Of a stretch of 64,000 nt of DNA, positions 1-12,114 are shown piece by piece. Positions within the stretch are counted from its first letter, which is position 1. The number at the start of each line of letters is the position of its first letter. A program made the position numbers and the translations under genes. The DNA is from the human T2T-CHM13v2.0 reference genome, Homo sapiens: assembly GCF_009914755.1 (NCBI RefSeq), contig NC_060929.1. The stretch is one strand, 5' to 3'. The notes beneath the pieces were generated by a model. It did not search any database. It was given only the letters and a program-made list of their open reading frames with translations, and was not told where the DNA came from.

Positions 1-917
1 CTACAATCTGGTCTCAACCAGATACAAACTGTCTGCTTAGGTCTGGTGTAATTTACAACAGCCTCAAACATGTTTCTCATCTCTTCGTATGACAGGCAGG
101 TTAAACTTTCTCAGTGTCGCCACTCCCCTTTAATGCATTTCCAATTGCATGTGAAATTTATCACCCATCTGTGGGCTCTGGGCCTCCTGAGATCACCAGG
201 ACTCTGCAAACTGACACAGCCATGGGCCTGAGAAAGAAAGGTAATCTTAAGCACCCTTAGAAGAAACGGGCTGGAAGAAAAAGCCAGATGGAGGGTGCAG
301 AGGACATCCTGGCAAACAGGTCAGTAAGCCATCTCTGGCTCTGGGATGTTTGCTAACAGTTGAAGATATTTTCACTTCTCAAACTCCTTTGACCACAATA
401 TTCCCCTTCTCAAAAATCTTTGGTGGCAGTGCCCTTCTGCCTGTGTTCCAAATACCACCATCTGGCTTTCAGGGTCTCTCATCTGGCGCCTCCTCTCTCT
501 CAGCTCCCTCTACTCTTCTACATGTGGGTCATGGTGGTCAAGTCACAGCTGGCTTCTTTTGCATCTGTCACCCCCTCAGGGAGAAGGATGTTTTCTCTTC
601 CAACTACTGAAATCCTACCATCCTTAAAGAGCTAGTGCCAAATGACCTCATGCATGAAACCCCACAGGCAGCTCAGGCAGCAGTAGACTTCATTCTTTTC
701 GATTGTTTACTTGTGCCTCGGTTGGCACATAGTGTCTTTCACTGGAGTCATGCTGGGAGTCACTTCTATTGGTGATATACCTATGGGTGAGATACCGTAA
801 GTAATGGGAAATATCTTCATTCCCATCTCCCTTGCTTGTGCCAACACCTAGTGCTGGGTTTTAGAAGCATTGCTGGATGGATGAATGACCCTCTTTCCTG
901 ACATCAGGCTCTCATGA

Positions 918-1555
918 CCTGGGTCACAGTCGGGTGCCCAGGAGGTTAGCAGGTGAGCCCTGATGGAAGTGGGTGAAGTGAGCAAGAGGGAGCAGTAGGG
1001 CCCATAGCAACCTGGAGAGGTCATGTCTCATTTACTACCAGGCATCTGCTTCTCAACTCCAGCATTTGTTGCTAGGTGGGAATATGGGCCCCATGTTGCT
1101 AGATACTATGATTTTGTAAGAAAATCCAGAAATAGGGATTTTTAAGTGAAATATTTTGATGTATAAGGGCTACTTACCAATGTTAATTTAAAAAATACTC
1201 GGTCGGGCGCAGTGGCTCACGCCTATAATCCCAGCACTTTGGGAGGCCAAGGTGGGAGATAATGAGGTCAGGAGATCGAGACCATCCTGGCTAACACGGT
1301 GAAACCCCATCTCTATTAAAAATACAAAAAATTAGCCGAGCGTGGTGGCACATGCCTGTAATCCCAGCTACTCAGGAGGCTGAGGCAGGAGAATCGCTTG
1401 AACTGGGGAGGCAGAGGTTTCAGTGAGCCAAGATCACTCCAGCTTGGGTGACAGAACAAGACTCTATCTCAAAAATCAGTCAATCAATCTGTGGGCAAAC
1501 AGAAGCACGTCTGCAGGTTCTGGCTGAGTTTGGGCCCTGTGATCTGGAACCTCCA
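918..1555 (+). mobile_element. MER102 (hAT-Charlie) DNA transposon relic, interrupted by an Alu
   Basis: gggaatatgggccccatgttgctagatactatgattttgtaagaaaatccagaaatagggatttttaagtgaaat and gcaaacagaagcacgtctgcagg resemble the recalled MER102 consensus on both sides of the Alu. Confidence 0.7.
1201..1475 (+). mobile_element. Alu, AluSc-like, short deletion in right arm
   Basis: ggtcgggcgcagtggctcacgcctataatcccagcactttgggagg ... gagatcgagaccatcctggctaacacggtgaaacccc; dimeric structure; short A tail. Confidence 0.95.
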
Positions 1556-2004
1556 CTAATGGTCTTTGGAACAATTAATTAAGGGTGCCATCCTACATGT
1601 AACATTGAAATAAAAGATGCAGTGTCTGCCCTCATGGAGCTTAAAACCTGGTTCTGGAAATGTAAGATGTATACATGGAAATCTGAGCAAGAAACGGTGG
1701 CATATGTTGATATTGTGGAATTAGGACTTCAGACTTTTTGGAGCCAGGGAGCTGTGGTGGGCTGGAGGGTCCGCTCCACTGTCACGGGCTTCTTTCTTAA
1801 ATACGTTCTGGGTCGATGGGGAGATGTTGGTCAAAGGAGATATAATTACAATTCAAAAGGGGGAATTTTCTTTTCCTAAACCAGTTTTCAGACCCCCAAT
1901 TTTTTTTTAAGCCCAAATAGGCAAACAAAGAGAGAGGAGATAGGTGACTGCTTGGGCTAGGGGAGAGGATAGGTAGGTAGCGGGGAAAGAAGTGAAGAAT
2001 GGCT

Positions 2005-2160
2005 ACTTATGGTTATGGGGTTTCTTTTTTAGGCAGTGAAAAGGCTGTTTGTGGTGATGGACACACAACTCTGAACACACTAAAAACCACTGGATTGTAC
2101 ATTTGAAGAGGGTGAATTGTATGATATGTGAATTATATCTCAAAGCTGTTGAAATCATAA
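2005..2160 (+). mobile_element. Old L1M (L1MB/ME-type) 3' end fragment
   Basis: gtggtgatgg...cacaactctgaa...ctaaaaaccactggattgtacattt...gtgaattgtatgatatgtgaattatatctcaa is typical L1M 3' UTR. Confidence 0.75.
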
Positions 2161-2269
2161 AGTAAAATAAGCTCCCTAGCACACAGGAAGCCTGATGACA
2201 GCCAATCTCTTTAATTTTCACCTCCCACTATTTCTTGGGTCGTGGGAGGCCAAAACAACAACTAATGAT

Positions 2270-2500
2270 GGCATCAAATATTGAAAACTTACTATGTAGG
2301 GGGCCCTATGTATTAAGCACTTTATTCCATTCAAACCTCACAGCAACCCCACATGGGTGAATTACTATCCTCACTTTATAGTTGAGAAGAAAAGGAGGCA
2401 GGGCATAAGTAATCTGCTCAAGGTCACAGGGGAACTGTGAAGCCAGGACTTGAGCCCAAGGTGGCCAACTCCAGAGCCTGTGCTCTGTGCACCAGGCTAT
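2270..2500 (-). mobile_element. MIR SINE
   Basis: tactatcctcactttatagttgagaa...aagtaatctgctcaaggtcacag...gagcccaag is the reverse-complement MIR core. Confidence 0.7.
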
Positions 2501-3044
2501 GCTGCGTTCCGTAAACCCAGGCAGGAGAGGCGGAGGAAAGCACAGAGGTCACACTCGTGTCATGTGACTACAAGAGTGAAAGTGTGTCTGATAAGCATCT
2601 CAGTCCAGCTAAGTGCAAGCTATGGAATGGTGCAGATTAGAAAGGGGGTAAGAACTGGCGGCCAGCCACGCTGTGAGCCTATATAATTCAGTTAACAGGA
2701 AAGCTGGTGCACTGCAGGCCTTCTTTGTCATACTATGTATAAGTCTAGCATAAAGCAAGTCTCGTGCCACATACAGAAATGGTATCACCCATATAAGGCA
2801 GTTCAGCTTGTTCATGTCTTTGGTGGTGTCATTATTTGAGATTAAAGGGTTTTGGTATCTTCTTTCTGAGCTACTTGATAGCAGGGGCTGTCATTTGAGT
2901 CCTTCTTCCCCTACCACCTCAGCACCTAACACCTAGCAGGTGTTCAAGTATTTTAAAGTAAATGAGCCTGGGATAACTTATGTATTTCAAGAGAGAAGGC
3001 AGGAACTAAATAATATCTAACCTTTTAGAAATGTACAGATGTGG

Positions 3045-3354
3045 GGCCAGGCATGGTGGCACACACCTGTAATCCCAGCACTTTGGGAGGTTGAGGCAGG
3101 AGAATGGCTGGAGCCCAGGAGTTCGAGACAAGCCTGGGTAACATAGTGAGACTCTGTCCCTACAAATAATTAAAAAAAAAAAAAAAATAGCCGGGCATGA
3201 TGGCCTGCACCTGTGGTCCCAGCTACTCGGCAGGTTGAGGCAGGAGGATCTCTTGAGCCTGGGAGGTTGAGGCTGTAGAGAGCAGTGATCATGGGCCACT
3301 GCACTCCAGCCTGGGTGACACAGCAACACCCCCACCTCAAAAAAAAAAAAAAAA
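3045..3354 (+). mobile_element. AluJ
   Basis: Full dimer with J-type gagcccaggagttcgag, gggtaacatagtgagac, gaggttgaggctg; poly(A) tail. Confidence 0.95.
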
Positions 3355-3531
3355 GAATTAACAGACAGTATAGATGTAACAAAACTACCTCTGAGGAACA
3401 CAACAAACAGCTGGCACAAGATTCAGGAGAGAGGCTGGGCTGGGTTGGGAGGCGGGACCACGTAGGCTGAGGTGCATGCAGTGACCTTCAAGTTTCTGAG
3501 TTGGGGGTGGGCTCACAAGGGTTGGATGTTA

Positions 3532-3901
<370 letters not shown>

Positions 3902-4379
3902 TTATCTGAGGTCCGAGTGTAAATAATATATAAAACCACAAGACACACAGAACAGGAGTAAGGCCCTCTTTGTGGGACCAATAATAGAAACCACATGTAG
4001 TAAGCTAAATTGCCAAATCTAAAAACAATGTGGGTAGTTTATATAAGGGGTCCTGAACCTGGAGTCCACTTACTTTGAATAGACAAGATGTGCTAATCCC
4101 TGAAACTGGACACAAAATTGTATGAGTGTATTTTTTCTGGGAGGAAAGTTTGCTGCTTCCAGATTCTCAAAAGGATTATCTAAAAAGAGTTAAAATTAGG
4201 GTTGGAGAGTGAAAGAATCTGAAGCAGCAGCATTGCAGCAGACACTGTGTGCCATGGGCCATAGAATAAAGTCTCAGGACGCTCTGGTAGAATGGTGAAT
4301 GGGGTGAAGGCAGTTGGATTGCATCACCACGTGAATGAGATCATTATTCCCCAATGACTGCCAGCTTGCTGAAGTAAAT

Positions 4380-4950
4380 GAGGCCAAGGAGAGAGAACAA
4401 TGCAACAGACCACCAAGGCTAATACCATCCTCTCCTCTCCATGCCTGACTTTCACAGGAATGAGTGACACCACTCCAAACATCCTGAACTTTCTGAAGAC
4501 AACCCTGAAACCCAAGGGGGATATTTTTCTGGCTTCTTCCCGGTGAAGGCTATTGATTTTGAAAGATAAAAGTGGCCAAGCAACACATATGGGTATCTGA
4601 AACAGAATTTTTATTTTTAGGAACCGTGTGTGAGACACTAGAATGATGGCTCCTAGCTGGGGAGAAAGGGCATTTCATGAGCACAGGTGGAAAGAGTTTT
4701 GCCATGGATGAAGTGACAAGGTAAGTTTTAATGTGGAATTTGGAAAGTGGAGGAAGACACGTAAAATTTATATCCTAGCTACAGTGGAAGACAGTAAATA
4801 TGACAGGTTACCACAGAAGGAAGGGATTTCAAACCTAATAGGAAAAAATAAAAGGGAGCTGGAATCTCATTATAAATGCATGGTCTGTGAATAGTAAACA
4901 TCATGAATTTGAAATTATAAAGGAAAAGTGATCTCATGCAAATATAGCAA
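4380..4950 (+). mobile_element. CR1/L3 LINE relic spanning ORF1 (esterase-like) C-terminus and ORF2 endonuclease N-terminus
   Basis: Hand translation in several frames gives FTGMSDTT, YFSGFFPVK, LLAGEKGHFMSTGGKSFA (4650-4703) and NAWSVNSKHHEFE (4875-4913), collinear with recalled CR1 motifs HVGTNDT, VFSSILPV, LLARDGIHLS..GK..FA and NARS.GNKQEELE. Confidence 0.7.
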
Positions 4951-5728
4951 CAGGCAGGTACAGTTTGTTCAATGAAAGCCATTCAGATGGAGGGCTCAGG
5001 ACAGCAGCTCTGTGGGTCAAGATGACTTGACAGTGAACCACGAGTTGCTGTGAGGATACATCACTGCCTGCCTGCTGATCCCCTTCCTGTTAGAAAGCAC
5101 AAGACTATACAAGAAACAGTGGTGGTAGGGGTTCCTTCTAACACCAAGACTATCTGGTTCAACTTAAAAAAACATTCTCCCATATTGAACTTCCCTGTTC
5201 CACTTAGTTAGGCTAGACCTCAGGTCTGCACAGCAGACTGAGCTGACACAGGAAGCCCCTTCTCCACTGAGAAACATATGGAAATGTCGGATACAACTTA
5301 AGTTAAAAAGCAAACAAAGAAAAGCCTAGCCAACCTTATAAGCAAAAGGATCTATCCCCAGAAATAAAGAGAAATTTCAAAGAGCAAATAGGGGGATTTG
5401 AAACCAGATGGTGCCCAGGTGGCTACCTAGGTGAGGCCAGCAGTGAGGCCTGAAGACACCTCATCTTGCAGGAAACTGGTGCTGTGCCAGAAGCAAGGAA
5501 GGGATTTCGTTAGGCAAAAAATCTTTCAATGCATTTGGCTTTTCTTGAACACTAACTTGACCATGTAGTAGATAAAGGGTTAACATTCTGCCATAGGTGA
5601 TCTGCAGGTTATTTGGAGTATGAAGGATGGAGACCAAACAGTTAAATTCTTATATGGAACCCCTTACACAGGGGGAAAAAGCCTCGGATGTATCCATCTA
5701 TATGCTTGGAACTGGAAATAAGAAACTA

Positions 5729-6161
<433 letters not shown>

Positions 6162-7779
6162 CTAGCTTTTGCTTTTCTCCCCAGCTATAGGTTTTGCTTA
6201 ACATATTTCTTGCATTTCAGAGTCAATGCTTTTGACATCCTCATTTTCCAAACTTTTATGAAAACTTGAAAGAAATATTAAAAATATGCTCTAGATTTTA
6301 TGTCAAGCCTTGATTTTTAGGTGCTCCTATAACTTCAAAGTAATTTAATTATGCAGGAAGGTTGGTTTAGTAAAGGTTCATTAATGCCCAAGACAACATG
6401 CCTTTCTCCTTAAAGGGGAAAAGTCTTATTCTGCTAGAGGGCTAGATTAAAATCAAGCAAGTTTTTACACTTAAGCTAATTGAGACCAGGGGAGCCAGGA
6501 ATGAAGTGGTTTCCTGTCCCGCCATCCAAGTAACACGCTGTCAGGCAGGCTACACTCACTCCAGCCAATAAAGGGGCAACGGCAGCAAGGAACGACCCCA
6601 CAACCCCATTTTCATCGCTCCTCTTTCCCTCCCAGTTTTTACTGGCTGCCAGCACAACCCAGTCAACAGCAAGCTTTCCTTTACCACACAGGCTTTCCTC
6701 CTTCCCTGAACCTGCTCAACCCCAGCCTCCATTACAAATTTCCCCATTAACCGAAGCCACCAAAATCTGCTGTCTGCCTTCCTTGCCTTAGACACTTCTG
6801 AATGAATTGTGATTAACTGATTCAATGTTCAGTTTTGCAAAAGGGGGAAAAAAAAAAAGGAAGGATGGGGAAGAAGCTCAAAACAAATAAAGCAATCCCG
6901 GGGTTCTGCTGGAGTGCACACGGAGCTTCTATAGGAAATGACTTTTTACTAGTCCCTTAAAAAACTTGCTTAGGCCAAGCAGCCACTCTTTATCTAGATT
7001 TGCCAAAATCTGTTCTCCAGGACTGATAACCTACACTGGGGTAGCTCCGACACTGGGTTTACTTTGAAAGATTTTCTCCAGTTACCGCCAGCTGCCTATC
7101 TGTTTCGACAATACGTACATAGTTAGCCTACAGGATCATCACTGTCATTCTTTTGGACATGTTCATTTATTAGCAGTCATTCAGATACGCCGACAGTGTA
7201 TTTGCAGGGGACACAAAAACACACACGCTTATACACACATGGTATGTTAGATGTTTAAGACTGGGAAAAAACTTAAGTCAAACAACACATAATTAGCCTC
7301 TGCTTGCAGAGATGAGACAGTTTATCAGACTTTATGACTTCTGTTCCCATTCCCCAGCTCCCCCATATACCTTCTACTTTCCCCTCAGCCCCAATGCAGA
7401 TGAAAGTTTGCCCTTTATTTAAAAAAAAAAAAAAAAAACTTTTTCTAGGGGTATAGAAGCTTCAGACTTTTGAACTTTATGGCGTCCGTGTTAGAAGAGT
7501 GACTTGACATATTCTCAACCCTGTTTTTCATCAACAATGCCTGCTCACTGCCAAGTTTAGATGTGACTTTAAATTGCACCCAATCCGGCAAAATAATATT
7601 TCACTGCTGGCTACCAGTAAAGCGCATACAATTTTCCCTTTCAGAACTTCTGAGCCACCAAGCCAGGAAATCTTTTGGTGACCACTCCCCTTCCCATTTG
7701 TAGAGAGAAGCCAATACTCAGGACCAGGGGCTGGACTTGGGGAATACAAGGGTTCCTGCATTTCAGCCAGGGCTCCCTC

Positions 7780-8720
7780 TTGCCCCACCGGGAAACTACC
7801 CAGGGGCCTGAACCTGCAAGAGGTAGACAGGCACTGTGAGCTGGGCCAGTTGCCCCGCTTGTGCTCCTACCTTGACATGTGCTCTGGTCCTCCTTGCCCA
7901 AGAGGTGTGGGGATGGGTGTGGTGGAGGCACAGTCCGGGGTTGGTCTCGCCTGCCGCACGCCTGTTCAGTAGCCTTTTAATGAACTCAGTGACTCAGCGC
8001 TGTCCCTCCCCCACCGGCCTCGGATCTCATTCCTCTCAATCGCACTGATGCCCATGTGACAGCACGTTGTCTCCACCGAGACTAATCCCTTATCAATAAG
8101 AGCTTTCAGCACGGCCCAGACCAGATTACTCTGTCTCACAACCACTTTGCTGACCTGCCCGGGGGGCCACCGAATACTCCCCGAGCGCATACTATTTACA
8201 GAAGAGTCAAGATAAGCCGGATCACTTGGCGTGATTATTTCGCTTCCAAAGTTTGTGGCTTTAACAAAGCAAACCCACATTCAACCACTCAACCAGGCGC
8301 CGTGCAAGCCACCAGAATGAAAAAAAACAACGCTGGATCTTACACACATGCAGTAATCAAAATATTACAAATAAAGGCTACATGTGAAATGATAGGTTAA
8401 GATGCGCTCTAGACACCAGATGTATGGAGTTTGCTATTAGATTTCTTTGCCATAGATCCAGCGCAAGGCAACATGGCATTTCATTGTCAGATTAATGTGG
8501 ACATAATAATTTATAAGAAGGCTTTAAAAAAAGTCACCAAGATTGGTCCTTAACTTTGCCCATTCAGATTCTTAAGAGCAAACCAAATTTGAGGAGAGAT
8601 GCCGGACGCCAAACTGAGTACAGGCTCAATATCCCCTATTTTCCGTCCTTCCTTTTCCGGCAATTTTTATCCCACTCATCTCTATCCACAGCCTTTCTGG
8701 GCAGCTGAGATGAATAAGAG
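7780..8720. promoter_or_regulatory. Candidate enhancer (repeat-free, CpG-retaining, motif-dense)
   Basis: Many CpGs outside repeats; GTGACTCAGC (AP-1/ARE) 7989-7998, TAATCC and CTTATCA near 8084-8095, TATTTAC near 8194, AGATAAG near 8210, TTCCGG near 8655. Confidence 0.5.
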
Positions 8721-10948
8721 GAATGAGTATAAAGCCTACAAACACGGTCAAGGAGATGACTGGGAGTAACTACATCTGTGCCTAGAGAATGGTCTTGACG
8801 GTTTGCAAGAACCGTTTCATCAGCATTATGGGCAAGAACAAGAAGGCCAAGGCATACTTAAAATCATCACAAAGCCTCTTTCTAGCACTAAGTGTGAAGT
8901 AATGAAGCCATCACACAGCAGATGAAGGCCTTTGCACACAAAGCTCTCTTCCTCAGAAAAGCTCTATTGATTGATCTTGAAATACAGATTTTTAGTTCTA
9001 AAACTGTGTGGATAGCTAGTTAAAATTCACTCTCTTTCCCTCCGAAATGCATTAAAATTCTAAAACATGCACCAAATTCTAAAAATTAAGAATTCTAAAA
9101 TTCTAAAATATACACCAAATAAAATTTATTTTTAGTATTAAAATACCTGATGCTCATTTCATCAAGTCTCTGTTCTCTCGTCTCTGTTCAACGCAGTTAG
9201 GCAGATCTGAGGGTGCTGCGGAGAGTATCTGAGGAGAAATGCCAGGCAGAGAGCGAGCAGGCCCTGAGCTGCAGAGACAATGCTCCAGGCAGAAAACCAT
9301 GGCTGGCAGGAAACCAGGAGAAATTGTGCAAGCGAAGAGCCATTCCAAAGCTGTTCTCTGTCCCACGGTTATGATCACAGGGGAGGGTAATTGCATCTAC
9401 TTCTGATCATATTACCTTTTGCCATTTGTCAGATAGCAGACCTCAAATTCAAGGTGGATTAGTCTGGAAAACTAAACAATCAGTTTTGAAGTCTTACTTT
9501 TATATCCATCCACTGATCAATGCAAATATGAATAGTACAGAAAACAGTCAAACACCTAATGAAAAGTGGAACCCTGCAGTAACTCCCCCGTATTCAACAG
9601 ATGACAGGGCTAATGCAGGGAGTTTGGGGCTATGGACTGGTTTTATAGCCAAAGCCACAGATAATTCCATCACCAAAGACTGCTTCCTACTTTTGGTGAA
9701 GGAAGCAGGTAATTTACATGCCAGTCTCAGTTTTTTCCTCCTTTCTCTCTCCCTCACCCCCTGCCTTACTGGTATTTTTCTCTATGAGTTCCCTTGATGT
9801 ATTTTGTGTTGGAGGACCCAGCCTGCAGCTTTCACAGGAAGGGCTGATGCAGTGAGAAGAGCAGGATCTAAGAATCAGAGGAGGTGGGTTTGAGATCTAG
9901 AATAAACAGTTAAAGGCCTAGAGGCAAGGAGCTTCACTTTTGAGCCTTAATTTCCTCAGCTTTAATGAGAACACTACCTGCCCTGCTTGCTTACTAAACA
10001 GGACTGACCTGGTGGTCAGGTATGGAATGTGGGCTTGTATCATAGAGAAGGTGGACAAAACAGGATGGAGAAAACAAAGTCTGAGCCCCTGCTCTGCCAT
10101 GTCCCTTGTGGGGCTTCCCTTCCTCTTCTAGGCTGCATTTGTAAAATCTGCTCTGTGTATCTACCAGGGTCAACAGGAAACTTAAGCAATGCATTTGAAG
10201 ATAAATATTACAAAACTGACGATGCTATCAGACGGCATGTTCTTACCAGTCTGTCCAAAGACTATGTTTTAAAAGCATGAATAGCTCTAAAGTTGAAAGA
10301 AAGTCTTAAAGAGTATTTTTATATTACACTATAGAAAAATATCTTATTTGCTTTAAATAACGGGAATCTAAGTTTCAAGTCAGCAGATTAGAGGTGAGCG
10401 GGTAGCGAAACCATGAGGGGTGGCATGGGTAGATAGAGCATTCTCCCAAGTAAGATGACTGAAGCCAGAGCTGATGGGGCTAACAATGACGTTCAGTCAA
10501 CGCAGTGCATAGACCAGCTTTGGAGGCCAGGGCATTTCTATAGAAGGCTCCTGAAGCCATGCCACAGAGATGGGTCCTTTCCTGTTGCTTCACTGCCTAG
10601 CCCCTTTGTGAGCATGGTGAGAAGCCTGAAGGTGGCAGCAAGCACTGTGTGCTGGCATCTGCAGTGAGCAGTGACAGCTACACCACTGGACAACTCAATC
10701 CTGCAGGACTGCTCCAAGACTGAAGTTCAGAATGACAGGTCACTACGGCTTGCAGTCATTGACTCCCAACACCTCATTTTACATACAGGAAAACTGAGGC
10801 CTGGCAGCAAGGTGGAGGCACTTTCCCAAGAAAGGCAGCATCCAAGCTTTACTGAGTGCCCTGGTCCTCGGATGCCCCACCCAGTGTATACTCACTACCT
10901 TGGGATGTTTCCCCCTAACTGGAATCCTATTGTTCACCCATTTGCTCA

Positions 10949-11361
<413 letters not shown>

Positions 11362-11789
11362 ATTTTCAGGCACTTTGAGGAACCCTAGTCTTGAATCATC
11401 TTGTACTTAAAAAGTAAGTAAATTAGGTAATTTATTTTGTGAATCCTTCGTAATATTTGTATAGCCCCTTACAGTTTTCGTAAGCTTTCCCTCATTTGAT
11501 CATGACAATAGCTCTGTGATGTAAGCAAGACAGGGGTCATTACCCTTAATTTTGGTGGTATTACAGAGCGATGAAATGATTCATCTAGCACCAGAACTAA
11601 AGTAGAACCCAGTTCTTCCCAACACTATCTTGGTCCTCCTTACTCCATTAATTCAAATGAGAGCCTTTGTGTAGTGGGCACTGTAGTTGGAACCAAGGGG
11701 GCAAAGATACGTAAAACAGAGTTCAGTTTTTTCCAAAGAGCTGGCATCTAGGAGACACACATACACACAAAAAGGTTACACATGAATTT

Positions 11790-12010
11790 GGGGGTTAGAG
11801 ACTTTGGAATCAGACAGATTTGTATTTGAGACCAGACCTCACTGTTTACTAGTTATGCAACGGTGGGCAAATCATTCTGCCCCTTTAAACCACAGTGGTC
11901 TTACCTCACAGGATTGTCAGGAGAATTGAATGAGATGGCAGAGGAAAGATGTTTAGCACAGAGTCTGGTTCATGGTAAGCATCCAGTACGTATTAGCTAT
12001 TTTTATTAGC
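11790..12010 (+). mobile_element. MIR SINE
   Basis: actttggaatcagacagat...tttactagttatg...gggcaaatcatt...cttacctcacaggattgtcaggagaattgaatgaga...ttagcacag. Confidence 0.75.
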
Positions 12011-12089
12011 ATTAATACAAGGCAATGACAGAGACACATGAAGGCTATTAAGAGAGCAAGGTCTGGGGACACCTATCCTCCATCGTGGA

Positions 12090-12114
12090 GGGTGGGGGGT
12101 GGGGTGGGCGGGGG
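12090..12114 (+). other. Potential G-quadruplex
   Basis: GGG T GGGGGG T GGGG T GGG C GGGGG: five G-runs with 1-nt loops. Confidence 0.6.

Noticed and set aside
4045-4200. Short hAT-type MITE relics (also about 23690-23890 and 62770-62960)
   Set aside because: Probably real ancient DNA transposon fragments, but the family could not be called reliably.
7966-8280. 104-aa minus-strand ATG-initiated ORF (MWVCFVKATN...)
   Set aside because: No recognisable homology and only a weak donor (CAG|gtcagc); better explained as GC-richer regulatory DNA. PhyloCSF would settle it.
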